A DNA stretch of 64,000 bases, from the NCBI GenBank assembly GCA_964533055.1, contig CAZHKZ010000003.1, positions 2,483 to 66,482 of the forward strand. The letters are read 5' to 3'. This DNA comes from an uncultured Gammaproteobacteria bacterium. GTDB lineage: Bacteria; Patescibacteriota; Microgenomatia; Levybacterales; UBA12049. Positions 1 through 9,015 of the stretch are shown here, one piece after another. A model generated the notes under the pieces. It was not told the DNA's origin. It ran no database searches and saw only the letters and a list, made by a program, of their open reading frames with translations. Each line of letters begins with the position of its first letter. Position 1 is the stretch's first letter. The translations under genes were made by a program, and so were the position numbers.

Positions 1-24
1 AAGACTTGATCTTGCCATGAAGGC

Positions 25-351
25 TTAAAGGGTATTTTGCAGAGTTGCATTATCTGCTCCCCATGCGTCTAGTTGGTTAATAATTTTCCTCAGCGATACA
101 CCTTTTTCAGTCAGTGAATACTCTACCTTTAGAGGGATCTGAGCATAGATCTTTTTATTGACGATGCCATCTTCCTCAAGCTGCTTAAGGCGTTCGGTAA
201 GTGTCTTGGGACTAATCCCATCGAGTGCTCTTTGAAGCTCCCCAAACCTTTTTGTTCCAGTACAAAGGTTGTAGAGGATCATCATCGTCCATTTGCTACC
301 TATCACCTTCATGGTGTGGGTCATTCCGCAATTGTGTTCACGTTCATTCAT
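25..351 (-). CDS. HxlR/DUF24 (MarR-type) winged-helix regulator
   Basis: IGSKWTMMIL..RFGELQRALDGISPKTLTERLKQLEEDGIV..PLKVEYSLT; N-terminal Cys. Confidence 0.92.
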   Translation of the reverse strand: MNEREHNCGMTHTMKVIGSKWTMMILYNLCTGTKRFGELQRALDGISPKTLTERLKQLEEDGIVNKKIYAQIPLKVEYSLTEKGVSLRKIINQLDAWGADNATLQNTL

Positions 352-368
352 ACTTCATTATTTGTAAC

Positions 369-387
369 TACTTTACATATTAAAGTA
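369..387. promoter_or_regulatory. Inverted repeat, candidate HxlR operator
   Basis: TACTTT-N7-AAAGTA between divergent regulator and reductase. Confidence 0.5.
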
Positions 388-406
388 TAGGTGATATTGT
401 GTCAAT

Positions 407-1006
407 ATGAAGAAATTAAAACTTAAAGTTATTTTAGGTAGTACCCGTGAAGGTCGATACGGTGAAAATGTCGCCAAGTGGACGATGAAAGAACTCGCAA
501 GCTCCGAAGTCTTTGAGGCTGAGCTCCTTGATTTGCGTGACTACAACATACCTTATTATGACAACGTTACACCAGCGTCAATGTTGAAAGCCCCTTATGA
601 TTCCCCAATCACGCAGAGATGGTCGGAGAAAATTTCAGAGGCAGACGCATATATCATCGTAACTCCTGAGTACAATCATGGTTATCCTGCAGTACTTAAA
701 AGCGCATTGGATGTTATTTATCATGAGTGGAGTAAAAAACCAGTTGCATTTATAAGCTACGGAGCAAGTGCTAGTGGTGCGAGAGCAATTGAACAGCTAA
801 GACAAGTTGTTGCAGAGTTACAGATGGTGTCAATTCGCGAAGCTATTTCTTTGGCAATATTTTCAGGTGAGCAAATCTTTAATGAAGACGGCGAAATGGT
901 CGCTCCTACAAATTCGAAGAAATTGACGAAGCTCGTTGGTGATCTTTATTGGTGGGCAAGTGCACTTGCAGTTGCGAGATCCTCCACAGATATCTCAAAG
1001 AATTAA
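407..1006 (+). CDS. NADPH-dependent FMN reductase
   Basis: ILGSTREGR and TPEYNHGYPAVLK motifs. Confidence 0.92.
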   Translation: MKKLKLKVILGSTREGRYGENVAKWTMKELASSEVFEAELLDLRDYNIPYYDNVTPASMLKAPYDSPITQRWSEKISEADAYIIVTPEYNHGYPAVLKSALDVIYHEWSKKPVAFISYGASASGARAIEQLRQVVAELQMVSIREAISLAIFSGEQIFNEDGEMVAPTNSKKLTKLVGDLYWWASALAVARSSTDISKN

Positions 1007-1024
1007 GCGTGATATACTTTCTTC

Positions 1025-1423
1025 ATGGAACTACAGGTAGGTGTTAAGGCATTTATAAAGAACTCAGACAATAAGTACCTCTTTCTTAAAAGGGTACATC
1101 CATATCACGGAGATACTGAATCAAAATGGGATATCCCAGGTGGCAGGATAGTCGCAGGAGAAGCTCTTCTTGATGCTCTGAAAAGGGAGGTAAAAGAGGA
1201 GACTTCAATGGTGATCGTTGGTGCTCCTAAAGTTCTTGCAGCTCAAGACATCTTAAGAGATAAGCATGTTGTAAGAATTACGTATCAAGTCGATGCAGAA
1301 GGAGATATTATTCTTGATCCATTAGAGCATAAGTCTTTCCAATGGGTTAGTCTTGAGGAAGCGCTTTTACTTTATCACGACACATTCCTTACTCCAATTA
1401 TTAAGATGCTCTTAGCCAAATAA
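1025..1423 (+). CDS. NUDIX hydrolase
   Basis: Nudix box GGRIVAGEALLDALKREVKEET. Confidence 0.9.
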   Translation: MELQVGVKAFIKNSDNKYLFLKRVHPYHGDTESKWDIPGGRIVAGEALLDALKREVKEETSMVIVGAPKVLAAQDILRDKHVVRITYQVDAEGDIILDPLEHKSFQWVSLEEALLLYHDTFLTPIIKMLLAK

Positions 1424-1768
1424 TTGTTTCTTCAGAGATATGAATATCTTTCCCCAGAATCCAGCTTTTTGAAACTTCTTATAATCTTCTTTTTTGTAAT
1501 AATCTATTGTTCCTGGAAGTGGTGGATCTATCCAGCAAGAAAGGATGAGCCACTCCCCTTTATCATTTCTCTTAGAGATGATGGTTACAAGTGATTCTCC
1601 AAATCTTTTCTGAGACTCGGTCGTACCGGATTCTTTTCCAGCAAATGACTTATCCGGACTATTGAATGCTTGCCATGCAAGATTTTGAGAGAGGCCTCTT
1701 TGATTGAGTCGCTCCATTGCATGATTTGTCCAAATTGCATTTCCGTAAAGTCTTTCTGGTTGATTCAT
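1412..1768 (-). CDS. DUF4258-like small protein
   Basis: WTNHAMERLNQRGLS motif; 4-nt overlap with truB stop. Confidence 0.6.
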   Translation of the reverse strand: MNQPERLYGNAIWTNHAMERLNQRGLSQNLAWQAFNSPDKSFAGKESGTTESQKRFGESLVTIISKRNDKGEWLILSCWIDPPLPGTIDYYKKEDYKKFQKAGFWGKIFISLKKQLFG

Positions 1769-2535
1769 CTGGTGAGAGTTAGTGCGTCTTCAATTGTTCG
1801 ATCTCCAACTCTTGTTCTAATAATACTATATGCTAGAGCAGATGTGGAGAGGGTCTTGCCAATTTCGTGTACTAGAGAGCGGATGTATGTGCCACTGGTG
1901 ACGTCTGCTTGTAGTGTGGCAAGCGTGAAAGAACTATCTGGATTTTCCTTTAAGACATTCTCCCATTCTTTGCGAATTTCATCCTGTCTAAAGTCTCCCT
2001 GGACACGATCAATATCATGAATAATTTTCTTTATGATTTCAGTACTTGGCAGAACTTGTCTTGAAATAATTGTTAGATTAATAATTTCAATTTCCTTTGT
2101 CGGGATTAATTTCCCCTTGAGAAGATTATTTCGCGCTAGATAATACATAGGCTTTCCATCAATTGTTTGGGACGAGTATGGTGGAAATTCTTGAATTCTT
2201 TTCCCGGTGAAGTTGGGAAGGATATCTTTGAGATTTTGCTCAATAGTATCGGGAACCATTTTAACCCCAGTGATCTTACCAAGGACATCATAAGTGTCTG
2301 TCTCAATTCCAAACAGAATAGTGAATTCATACGTTTTATCCAGGTTCTCAAATTCATGTCTTTTTTTATTTTCATCGCCAAGGAGGAGTATCAAAAGTCC
2401 TTGCGCCATTGGGTCAAGTCTACCTGCATAGCTTATTTTTTCGTTCTTAAGTTCAGGACGCATTTCCTTCAAATGATTAATCGCCTGAAGTGGTGTCATG
2501 CAACGTGGTTTGTATAGAGAAAGTATTGTATTCAT
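1765..2535 (-). CDS. truB: tRNA pseudouridine(55) synthase, no PUA domain
   Basis: YAGRLDPMAQG, PPYSS, SGTYIRSL; start moved to ATG 2535 (TGcTACAAT 7 nt upstream; longer ORF overlaps rnhA). Confidence 0.88.
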   Translation of the reverse strand: MNTILSLYKPRCMTPLQAINHLKEMRPELKNEKISYAGRLDPMAQGLLILLLGDENKKRHEFENLDKTYEFTILFGIETDTYDVLGKITGVKMVPDTIEQNLKDILPNFTGKRIQEFPPYSSQTIDGKPMYYLARNNLLKGKLIPTKEIEIINLTIISRQVLPSTEIIKKIIHDIDRVQGDFRQDEIRKEWENVLKENPDSSFTLATLQADVTSGTYIRSLVHEIGKTLSTSALAYSIIRTRVGDRTIEDALTLTR

Positions 2536-2605
2536 GCCCTGAATTGTAGCATGGTTATATTTATGCTTGCCAATATTGCCTCTATAGTTTAGAGTTAGAA
2601 AAACA

Positions 2606-3220
2606 ATGGATACAAAATATTGCAAAGTCGACAATACCCTTCTTGTAAAAAAGCCAACCAAGAATTCTCCAGACAAGGCTACGAAGTCATTCTATTACAC
2701 CGCCTACTACTTTTGTCGGACGTGCAAGAGGATTTATCATGACGATGCCTTTAAAGTAGTGAATTCTACGCAAAACCTTTTTCCCGAGGCCAGTCCTAGT
2801 AATGTTGTTGGCCCTGTAGTTCAGATCTGGACTGATGGTGCATGTACCAATAACGGTACTCCGCAAGCCAGGGCATCATGGGGGTTTGTATCAGGAAAAT
2901 ATGAAATGGCGGGTCTAGTAGAGGGCGGAAAGCAGACCAATAATAGAGGAGAAGGCCTTGCGATTTACAACGCCTTATTATGGGCAGTAAGTAAGGGTCA
3001 TCGGAGCGTCCAGATACATACTGATAGTCAAATTACAATTCATGGAGTATCAAAGCATCCCGATAAAGTTAAGGAGAATAGAGACATTTTTCAGATGATT
3101 TATAATGTTGTCAAAGAAAATAATCTCTCAGTAGAGTATATAAAAGTTCGTGGACATGCTGATAATGTAGGCAATAATCGAGCTGATGAAGTTGCAACAG
3201 CAATTCTTGTAAAACAATAG
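2606..3220 (+). CDS. rnhA: Ribonuclease HI with N-terminal Cys-containing domain
   Basis: WTDGAC, TNNRGE, TDSQ, VRGH..GNNRAD. Confidence 0.88.
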   Translation: MDTKYCKVDNTLLVKKPTKNSPDKATKSFYYTAYYFCRTCKRIYHDDAFKVVNSTQNLFPEASPSNVVGPVVQIWTDGACTNNGTPQARASWGFVSGKYEMAGLVEGGKQTNNRGEGLAIYNALLWAVSKGHRSVQIHTDSQITIHGVSKHPDKVKENRDIFQMIYNVVKENNLSVEYIKVRGHADNVGNNRADEVATAILVKQ

Positions 3221-3259
3221 CCACTTCTTCAAGAAGATATTCTAAGGTATACTCAGACA

Positions 3260-3778
3260 ATGCTATTGGGAATTCTTCTATTTTTTATCACGATTCTCCT
3301 TCTCCTCGTTCTTCTCTCAATGATCTGGCCACCTGATAGCCCTTGGTCTCCTTGGTGGAGGACTGATCGAAAAACTGCGAGAGGAATAGTCTCTCTTGCA
3401 AAAATCTCTTCTAAAGATATAGTTTATGATCTTGGATGTGGAGACGGATCTCTTCTTTTGGAAAGTGCACGAAAGGGCGCTCGTGGATTTGGAATCGAGA
3501 TTGATATTGCGAGAGTTCTTTTTGCAAAGTTACGTTTAATGGTGGCAGGAATGGGTGGAAAAGTCGTAATAAAAAGAGGAAATCTTTTTGATGAGGATGT
3601 TAGCGAGGCTTCGATTGTCGCCATGTACCTCGTACCTAAGACACTTGCTCGATTAGAAAAAAAATTAAAGAAAGAATTAAAGCCTAAATCACGAGTCGTA
3701 ACGTATATGTATCCGTTGCCGTATTTTAAAAAAATTGCTGAGAATTCAGATGGAAATATATTCCTCTATGAAGTTTAG
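3260..3778 (+). CDS. Membrane-anchored class I SAM methyltransferase
   Basis: N-terminal TM helix; YDLGCGDG; GIEID. Confidence 0.85.
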   Translation: MLLGILLFFITILLLLVLLSMIWPPDSPWSPWWRTDRKTARGIVSLAKISSKDIVYDLGCGDGSLLLESARKGARGFGIEIDIARVLFAKLRLMVAGMGGKVVIKRGNLFDEDVSEASIVAMYLVPKTLARLEKKLKKELKPKSRVVTYMYPLPYFKKIAENSDGNIFLYEV

Positions 3779-3786
3779 AGCTTAAA

Positions 3787-5373
3787 TCATTTTGAGTCTC
3801 TAAGATTTTTTAATAGTAGCTTAAATTCTGGATTTTTTTGACCAAGTTGTTCAAGTGTTAACTCGACGTTCTCGATCCCCTTAGCGTCTCCCTTTATTTT
3901 ATAGATATCATAAAGCCTAATATATGGAAGGTAAAAATAAGGATCAATTTCAAGTGCTCTCTTATACTCATGCTCAGCTTGGATGACATCGCCAATTCTA
4001 AGATATGTATTCGCTAGATTGTAATGTGTTTGAGGATATCTGTTGGAAATAAGAATAGATTTTTTATATGTCTGTATTGCCTCCTGAGATAAATTCTCCT
4101 GAGCATATGCCATCGCAAGATTGTTATATATTCTGGCACTTGCTACGAAGTGATTTGTTCTCGAATAGAATGTAATAGCGTCTTTCCAATCAGTATTTCT
4201 AACAATTGTTCTTAACGATAATAGTCCAACAAACCCAATAGCTATAAATATCAGCACTGCTCTACCAATGACAGGAAGTCTCTCGAAGAGACAAAAAGTC
4301 AGATAGGATAGTATGAGAAAAATTCCAATAGATGGGTAGTAGAGAAAGTGTTCATAGAATATGCCGTTGATTGGGATAATCCCGCTAGATGGAATAAAGC
4401 CAATAATAGTCCACATTAAGCCAAAGAGCAGAAGTGGATGGTCTTTATAGAGTTTAACTGCGCTAAATAAGGCAATAACTGATCCAGCTAATGAGGCTGC
4501 TGATGAGAGCGTTATGTTCTTTGCAAGCGAGATTGTTAAGTCTCTCTCCATATAGAGGTCTTTTGGGAAAAATATGAGTCCTAGGTATTGGGGTGCTAAG
4601 TTGAAAAACTCATTTATTCTAACAAAGAGACTTGAAGTATATGCGTTATCATTTTTGTAAAAGTTAAGTGTATTCGCAAAATTGAGAAGTGTTAATCTAA
4701 GTAGAAAATAGCCTGAGGTTATAAGAGTATAGGGCAATATCTCAATGAATGTCTCTTTTATGGTTTTTGCGTTGAGAGATTTTTTCATAGCCATGTGTGA
4801 TATAAAGAGTAGGCCAGGTGCGATGAGCGCAGTCTCTTTAGAGAGTAGTGCAAGTCCAAGACAGATAAGGCTTACTATTTTTTGCCAGCGCCCTTTTTCA
4901 AAAGAAAGAAGGATGGTAAGTAGGACAAGAAAAAGTGATAATGGATCTCCTCTTCCAGATGCATAAGCTACAGCCTCAGTTTGGATGGGGTGCAAAATAA
5001 ATAAGAGCGCAGTGCTAAATGAGACAAATTTGTTCTTCGATAGTTTGATAATAAGATAATATATAGCGATCCCAGCACCAGCATGGAGAAGAAGGCTGTT
5101 GAGATGATAAATAAATCCGCTATCACCGAAGAGATTGTACTCAATGCTAAATCCAAGGAAAAGAAATGGGCGATAGTAATTAGTTAGTCTACCATCCCCA
5201 TCAATAAGGCTATGCGAGAAAAGGTCCCTGAGATTAAAAGAGGTTACGGCAGTATTCTCATAGATGAACTGCTGATCGTCGAAAAAAAGTCCGTTCACTA
5301 AGGTGTTGCCATAAAGAAGAATCGTAACAGCAAGAAGGATTGTCGCAAGGTGTAGTGAAGAAAGCGCTCGCAT
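3787..5373 (-). CDS. TMTC-like GT-C glycosyltransferase with C-terminal TPRs
   Basis: FFDD, YYRP, HPIQTEAVAY..GRGD, LLSKE; many TM helices; TPR repeats. Confidence 0.82.
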   Translation of the reverse strand: MRALSSLHLATILLAVTILLYGNTLVNGLFFDDQQFIYENTAVTSFNLRDLFSHSLIDGDGRLTNYYRPFLFLGFSIEYNLFGDSGFIYHLNSLLLHAGAGIAIYYLIIKLSKNKFVSFSTALLFILHPIQTEAVAYASGRGDPLSLFLVLLTILLSFEKGRWQKIVSLICLGLALLSKETALIAPGLLFISHMAMKKSLNAKTIKETFIEILPYTLITSGYFLLRLTLLNFANTLNFYKNDNAYTSSLFVRINEFFNLAPQYLGLIFFPKDLYMERDLTISLAKNITLSSAASLAGSVIALFSAVKLYKDHPLLLFGLMWTIIGFIPSSGIIPINGIFYEHFLYYPSIGIFLILSYLTFCLFERLPVIGRAVLIFIAIGFVGLLSLRTIVRNTDWKDAITFYSRTNHFVASARIYNNLAMAYAQENLSQEAIQTYKKSILISNRYPQTHYNLANTYLRIGDVIQAEHEYKRALEIDPYFYLPYIRLYDIYKIKGDAKGIENVELTLEQLGQKNPEFKLLLKNLRDSK

Positions 5374-5377
5374 ACTA

Positions 5378-6397
5378 TTATTTCTTAAGACCTAGTGCAA
5401 GCCAGCGAATCTTGTCTAGCCAGACAAAAGCTCGATAGAGAACTGGGTTTATGACTAGGTCAAAACTCCCTACAAACTCAATATGTTCTGGGCGGAATCC
5501 TTGTTTGAAACGGTGAAAGCCATACCAACTATCGTTGGTATCAGGGTCAGTTCCAAGGGCTCCCCACATGTCAAAGTATTTGAGCCCCATTTTCTTTCCA
5601 AATTTTATTGCTTCCCACATCATAAGAGTTGATGCCATTGTTTCACGGTGTTCGCTGCTTGAAGCTCCATAAGGATAATACAGCGTATCTTTAAAAATAA
5701 ATACAATCCAAGTGACAAGTGTTTTCATGTTGTAGTTGGCTATGAGCAGATGTGAAGAGAGCTCATTAAAGGGGGGTGTTGCAGAGTGTGAGAGTGTTGC
5801 CCATTGCTCTGTGTGATATTCTTTTGAGTGAGCATAGAAGCCTTGTCTTTTGGTTGTCTCTTGAGTGATTGAAAGGTATGATGCAAACGCATCTGCAGTA
5901 TTTTTTTCAGTAATGGTTACATTATGTTTCTTAGCAATTTTGATGTTATATCTTGTCTTGGGGTGGAGATTGCGCTCAAGCTCCTCCTCTGTTCTTGAAA
6001 GATCAAGGATAAAGCTAAATCGAGTAAAGAGTGCGCGAGCAGCTTTCTTAAGGCCTAGGGAAAGAATTCTGTCCGATTCTACTTGAGAAAAGCGAATATT
6101 TGGCTCAAGTTGAATAAAGATACATCTCTCTTCGCGTCCGATCTTCCTTAGCTCAGTGATAAGTTCCTTGTCTGGAGACATTCCTTTTGGAAGATAGCCG
6201 ATTGTAAATGGAGTTTTTGGAATAGGATGTATCGTTAGGGTGAATGCAGATTGGGAGCCGCTACTCTTTTGTAATCTGCGAATCACTTTGAGTCCTGTCT
6301 TCTCTCTAAAAGTCCCCCATTCATATGACTGGAGTGGGTGTGAAACAGTTTTATTAAAGAGTGTTTTTTCTGAATCTTGAAGAGGTTGATATGCCAT
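5378..6397 (-). CDS. FemAB/FemX family peptidoglycan bridge aminoacyltransferase
   Basis: HPLQSYEWG, KTRYNIKIAKK, FDMWG, GFHRFKQGF. Confidence 0.9.
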   Translation of the reverse strand: MAYQPLQDSEKTLFNKTVSHPLQSYEWGTFREKTGLKVIRRLQKSSGSQSAFTLTIHPIPKTPFTIGYLPKGMSPDKELITELRKIGREERCIFIQLEPNIRFSQVESDRILSLGLKKAARALFTRFSFILDLSRTEEELERNLHPKTRYNIKIAKKHNVTITEKNTADAFASYLSITQETTKRQGFYAHSKEYHTEQWATLSHSATPPFNELSSHLLIANYNMKTLVTWIVFIFKDTLYYPYGASSSEHRETMASTLMMWEAIKFGKKMGLKYFDMWGALGTDPDTNDSWYGFHRFKQGFRPEHIEFVGSFDLVINPVLYRAFVWLDKIRWLALGLKK

Positions 6398-6419
6398 GTA
6401 TTTATTGTAGCAAAAGGGG

Positions 6420-8249
6420 CTATTTGTCGTCGCCGTAGAGAATGCTTCGGTCTGTACTCCATTTCACAGTTCCTTCAGGTAGTTCGATAAGAAAACGAGA
6501 GAGTGTATTGCTGGCACGTTGACCGAAGAATATCCTTCTCTTTGCGTGAGTTAAATATAGCCTCTTTTTTGCTCTTGTCATGCCAACGTAGCAAAGCCTT
6601 CTTTCCTCTTCAAGTTCATTTTTATCCATAAGACTTCTTGAGTGTGGGAAGAGGCCTTCTTCCATTCCAATCATGAAAACAACAGGAAATTCTAGGCCTT
6701 TTGCTGCATGGAGTGTCATGAGAGTCACTGCGTTTTTTTGTTTAGATTGCTTGTCGGAAAAGTATTCTTGTTCAACGAGTGCAACATTTTCAAGGAACTC
6801 AATAACATTTGGAAAGGCTAGCGCAACTGAACGAAGCTCTTTGATGTTTTCAAGTCTTGCTCGGTCTTCTTCGTCATGTTCGTCATACAATTCTAAATAG
6901 TTTGTTGCATGGATGATCGAATCGAGAAAGTCAATCGTGACTGATTCAGTTAAATCAGGTCTTTCGTTAAGAAAAGTTAAGAATTTTTGCATTCTTCCTT
7001 TTCCAATCTTCTCAATTCGTTTTAGAGAGATTGTTTCTTGAGGATTTACGGCATGTCGCACATAGGAAAGAACATCTTTGATCTCCTTTCTTTCATAAAA
7101 TCTTGTTCCTCCAACAAGCGTATATGGGATGCCATGATGGAGGAATGCTTCTTCGACTACTCGAGATTGAGCATTTGTTCTGTAAAGCACTGCAATATCA
7201 TTAAGAGAATTTATTCCAAGTGTAAGAATAGTTCGTATAATAAAGTCGGCTTCATCTTGTTCATTTACTGCTTCGTAGATCTCTATTTCATCTCCATTTT
7301 CATTCTCAGTCCATAACTTGAGAACAGGGTGAGATGTGTTCTTTGCGATAACTGCTGTTGCTCCGTCAAGTATATTTTGTGTTGATCGGTAATTCTGTGA
7401 CAGAGAAAACGTCTGCGTTCCAGGAAAATCATCCTTGAATTTCATAAGGTTACGATAGTCAGCTCCTCGCCAGCTGTAAATGCTTTGTGAGAAATCCCCG
7501 ACTACACAGATGTTCTTCCATTTCCCTGTTAGTAGCTTTGTCAGGACATATTGCCCCCTATTGGTGTCTTGATACTCGTCAACGAGGCAGTACTTAAATT
7601 GTTGTTGGTACTTTTCAAGAACCTGAGGTGCTTCGCGAAAAAGCCTTACAGTCTTGAGAATAAGGTCATCAAAATCAAGCGCATCATTTTCCTTGAGAAT
7701 TTTTTGATAGAGTGGATAGACTTTTGCAACGGTTTGCTGGAAAAGTCCTCTGGCGAATGTTCCATACTCGTTTTCATAGATAAGCTCATTTTTTGCTTGA
7801 GAGATTGTGGTCAGAATAGAATTTGGCTTAAAGTCTTTGACAGATAATGTCAGCCTATTCATCGCTTCTTTTACAACGTCAAGCTGGTCATTGTCATCAT
7901 AGATAACAAAACTTTTTGAGATACCTATGAAGTGCCCATCTGTCCTGAGTATTCTTGCACAGAGAGAGTGAAACGTCGCGACGATTGGTGCTCCAGAAAT
8001 TGATTCTCCATGGGTGCTCAGAAAGGCATGGATTCTTTCCTTCATTTCTTTGGCAGCCTTGTTTGTAAAGGTCACCATAAGAATCGACTCAGGCTCAACT
8101 GATTTTTCAAGCATTAGATACATCACCTTGTGTGTAAGCACGCGGGTCTTTCCTGATCCTGCACCAGCAAGAATAATCATGGGGCCATCAGTTGCTCTAA
8201 CAGCATCTTGCTGATTGGGATTTAGGTCATTGAGTAATGATTTTTCCAT
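6420..8249 (-). CDS. pcrA: PcrA/UvrD helicase, compact form
   Basis: AGAGSGKT, VDEYQD, QSIYSWRGA, NYRS, TLHAAKGLEF, EEERRLCYVGMTRA. Confidence 0.93.
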   Translation of the reverse strand: MEKSLLNDLNPNQQDAVRATDGPMIILAGAGSGKTRVLTHKVMYLMLEKSVEPESILMVTFTNKAAKEMKERIHAFLSTHGESISGAPIVATFHSLCARILRTDGHFIGISKSFVIYDDNDQLDVVKEAMNRLTLSVKDFKPNSILTTISQAKNELIYENEYGTFARGLFQQTVAKVYPLYQKILKENDALDFDDLILKTVRLFREAPQVLEKYQQQFKYCLVDEYQDTNRGQYVLTKLLTGKWKNICVVGDFSQSIYSWRGADYRNLMKFKDDFPGTQTFSLSQNYRSTQNILDGATAVIAKNTSHPVLKLWTENENGDEIEIYEAVNEQDEADFIIRTILTLGINSLNDIAVLYRTNAQSRVVEEAFLHHGIPYTLVGGTRFYERKEIKDVLSYVRHAVNPQETISLKRIEKIGKGRMQKFLTFLNERPDLTESVTIDFLDSIIHATNYLELYDEHDEEDRARLENIKELRSVALAFPNVIEFLENVALVEQEYFSDKQSKQKNAVTLMTLHAAKGLEFPVVFMIGMEEGLFPHSRSLMDKNELEEERRLCYVGMTRAKKRLYLTHAKRRIFFGQRASNTLSRFLIELPEGTVKWSTDRSILYGDDK

Positions 8250-8304
8250 AAGGTATGATAGGGATGGTCCTGGGTCGATCTGGGGTCAATGACCATTGTA
8301 ACAT

Positions 8305-8994
8305 ATGAAAAAGCTCTTTATCGTAGCGAACTGGAAGTCACATAAGACCGTTATGGAAGTGCATTCGTTTTTGATAGCTTTCTTCCACAAGGAATTAAGC
8401 AGATGGCTACATGAGGGGGGAGATTTTCATAAAACTATCGTTCTTTGTCCGCCATTTACGCTTCTTTCAACGTTAAAACAATCACTTCTAGAATTCGATC
8501 ATAAGAATATAAAAATGTCGCTAGGCGCACAAGACATCTCATCATTTCCGGCTGGATCGCATACCGGTGAGGAATCATCAGAACAACTTTCAGATCTAGT
8601 GGATTATGTAATCGTTGGCCATTCAGAAAGGAGAATTGAGCTGCAAGAGACTGAAGAAATGCTTGTGCAGAAAGTCATCCAGGCTCATTTGGGAGGTCTT
8701 GAACCAATCTTTTGCGTACAAGGCATGACAAATGAAATTCCAAAAAATGTGAGGATTGTAGCATATGAACCAATTGATGCAATTGGAACTGGCAAAGTTG
8801 CCTCACTTGATCAAATTGAAAATGTGGCTCTCTTTTACAAGAAAGAAAAAGATATTCACTACGTACTTTATGGCGGAAGTGTGACGGCCGAGAATATCGC
8901 GCAGATCACTGCAATACCGTCAATAGATGGAGTGTTGGTTGGTGGGGCTAGTCTTAATCCGCATGAATTTTCTCAAATAGTTATGCTCTCTTAA
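8305..8994 (+). CDS. tpiA: Triosephosphate isomerase, short form
   Basis: ANWK, GHSERR, AYEP..AIGTG, LYGGSV, DGVLVGGASL. Confidence 0.93.
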   Translation: MKKLFIVANWKSHKTVMEVHSFLIAFFHKELSRWLHEGGDFHKTIVLCPPFTLLSTLKQSLLEFDHKNIKMSLGAQDISSFPAGSHTGEESSEQLSDLVDYVIVGHSERRIELQETEEMLVQKVIQAHLGGLEPIFCVQGMTNEIPKNVRIVAYEPIDAIGTGKVASLDQIENVALFYKKEKDIHYVLYGGSVTAENIAQITAIPSIDGVLVGGASLNPHEFSQIVMLS

Positions 8995-9015
8995 AGTAGT
9001 ATATAATCAAAATCT

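Noticed and set aside
8262-8295. GGTC repeats between pcrA and tpiA
   Set aside because: Too short and irregular to support an operator or repeat call.
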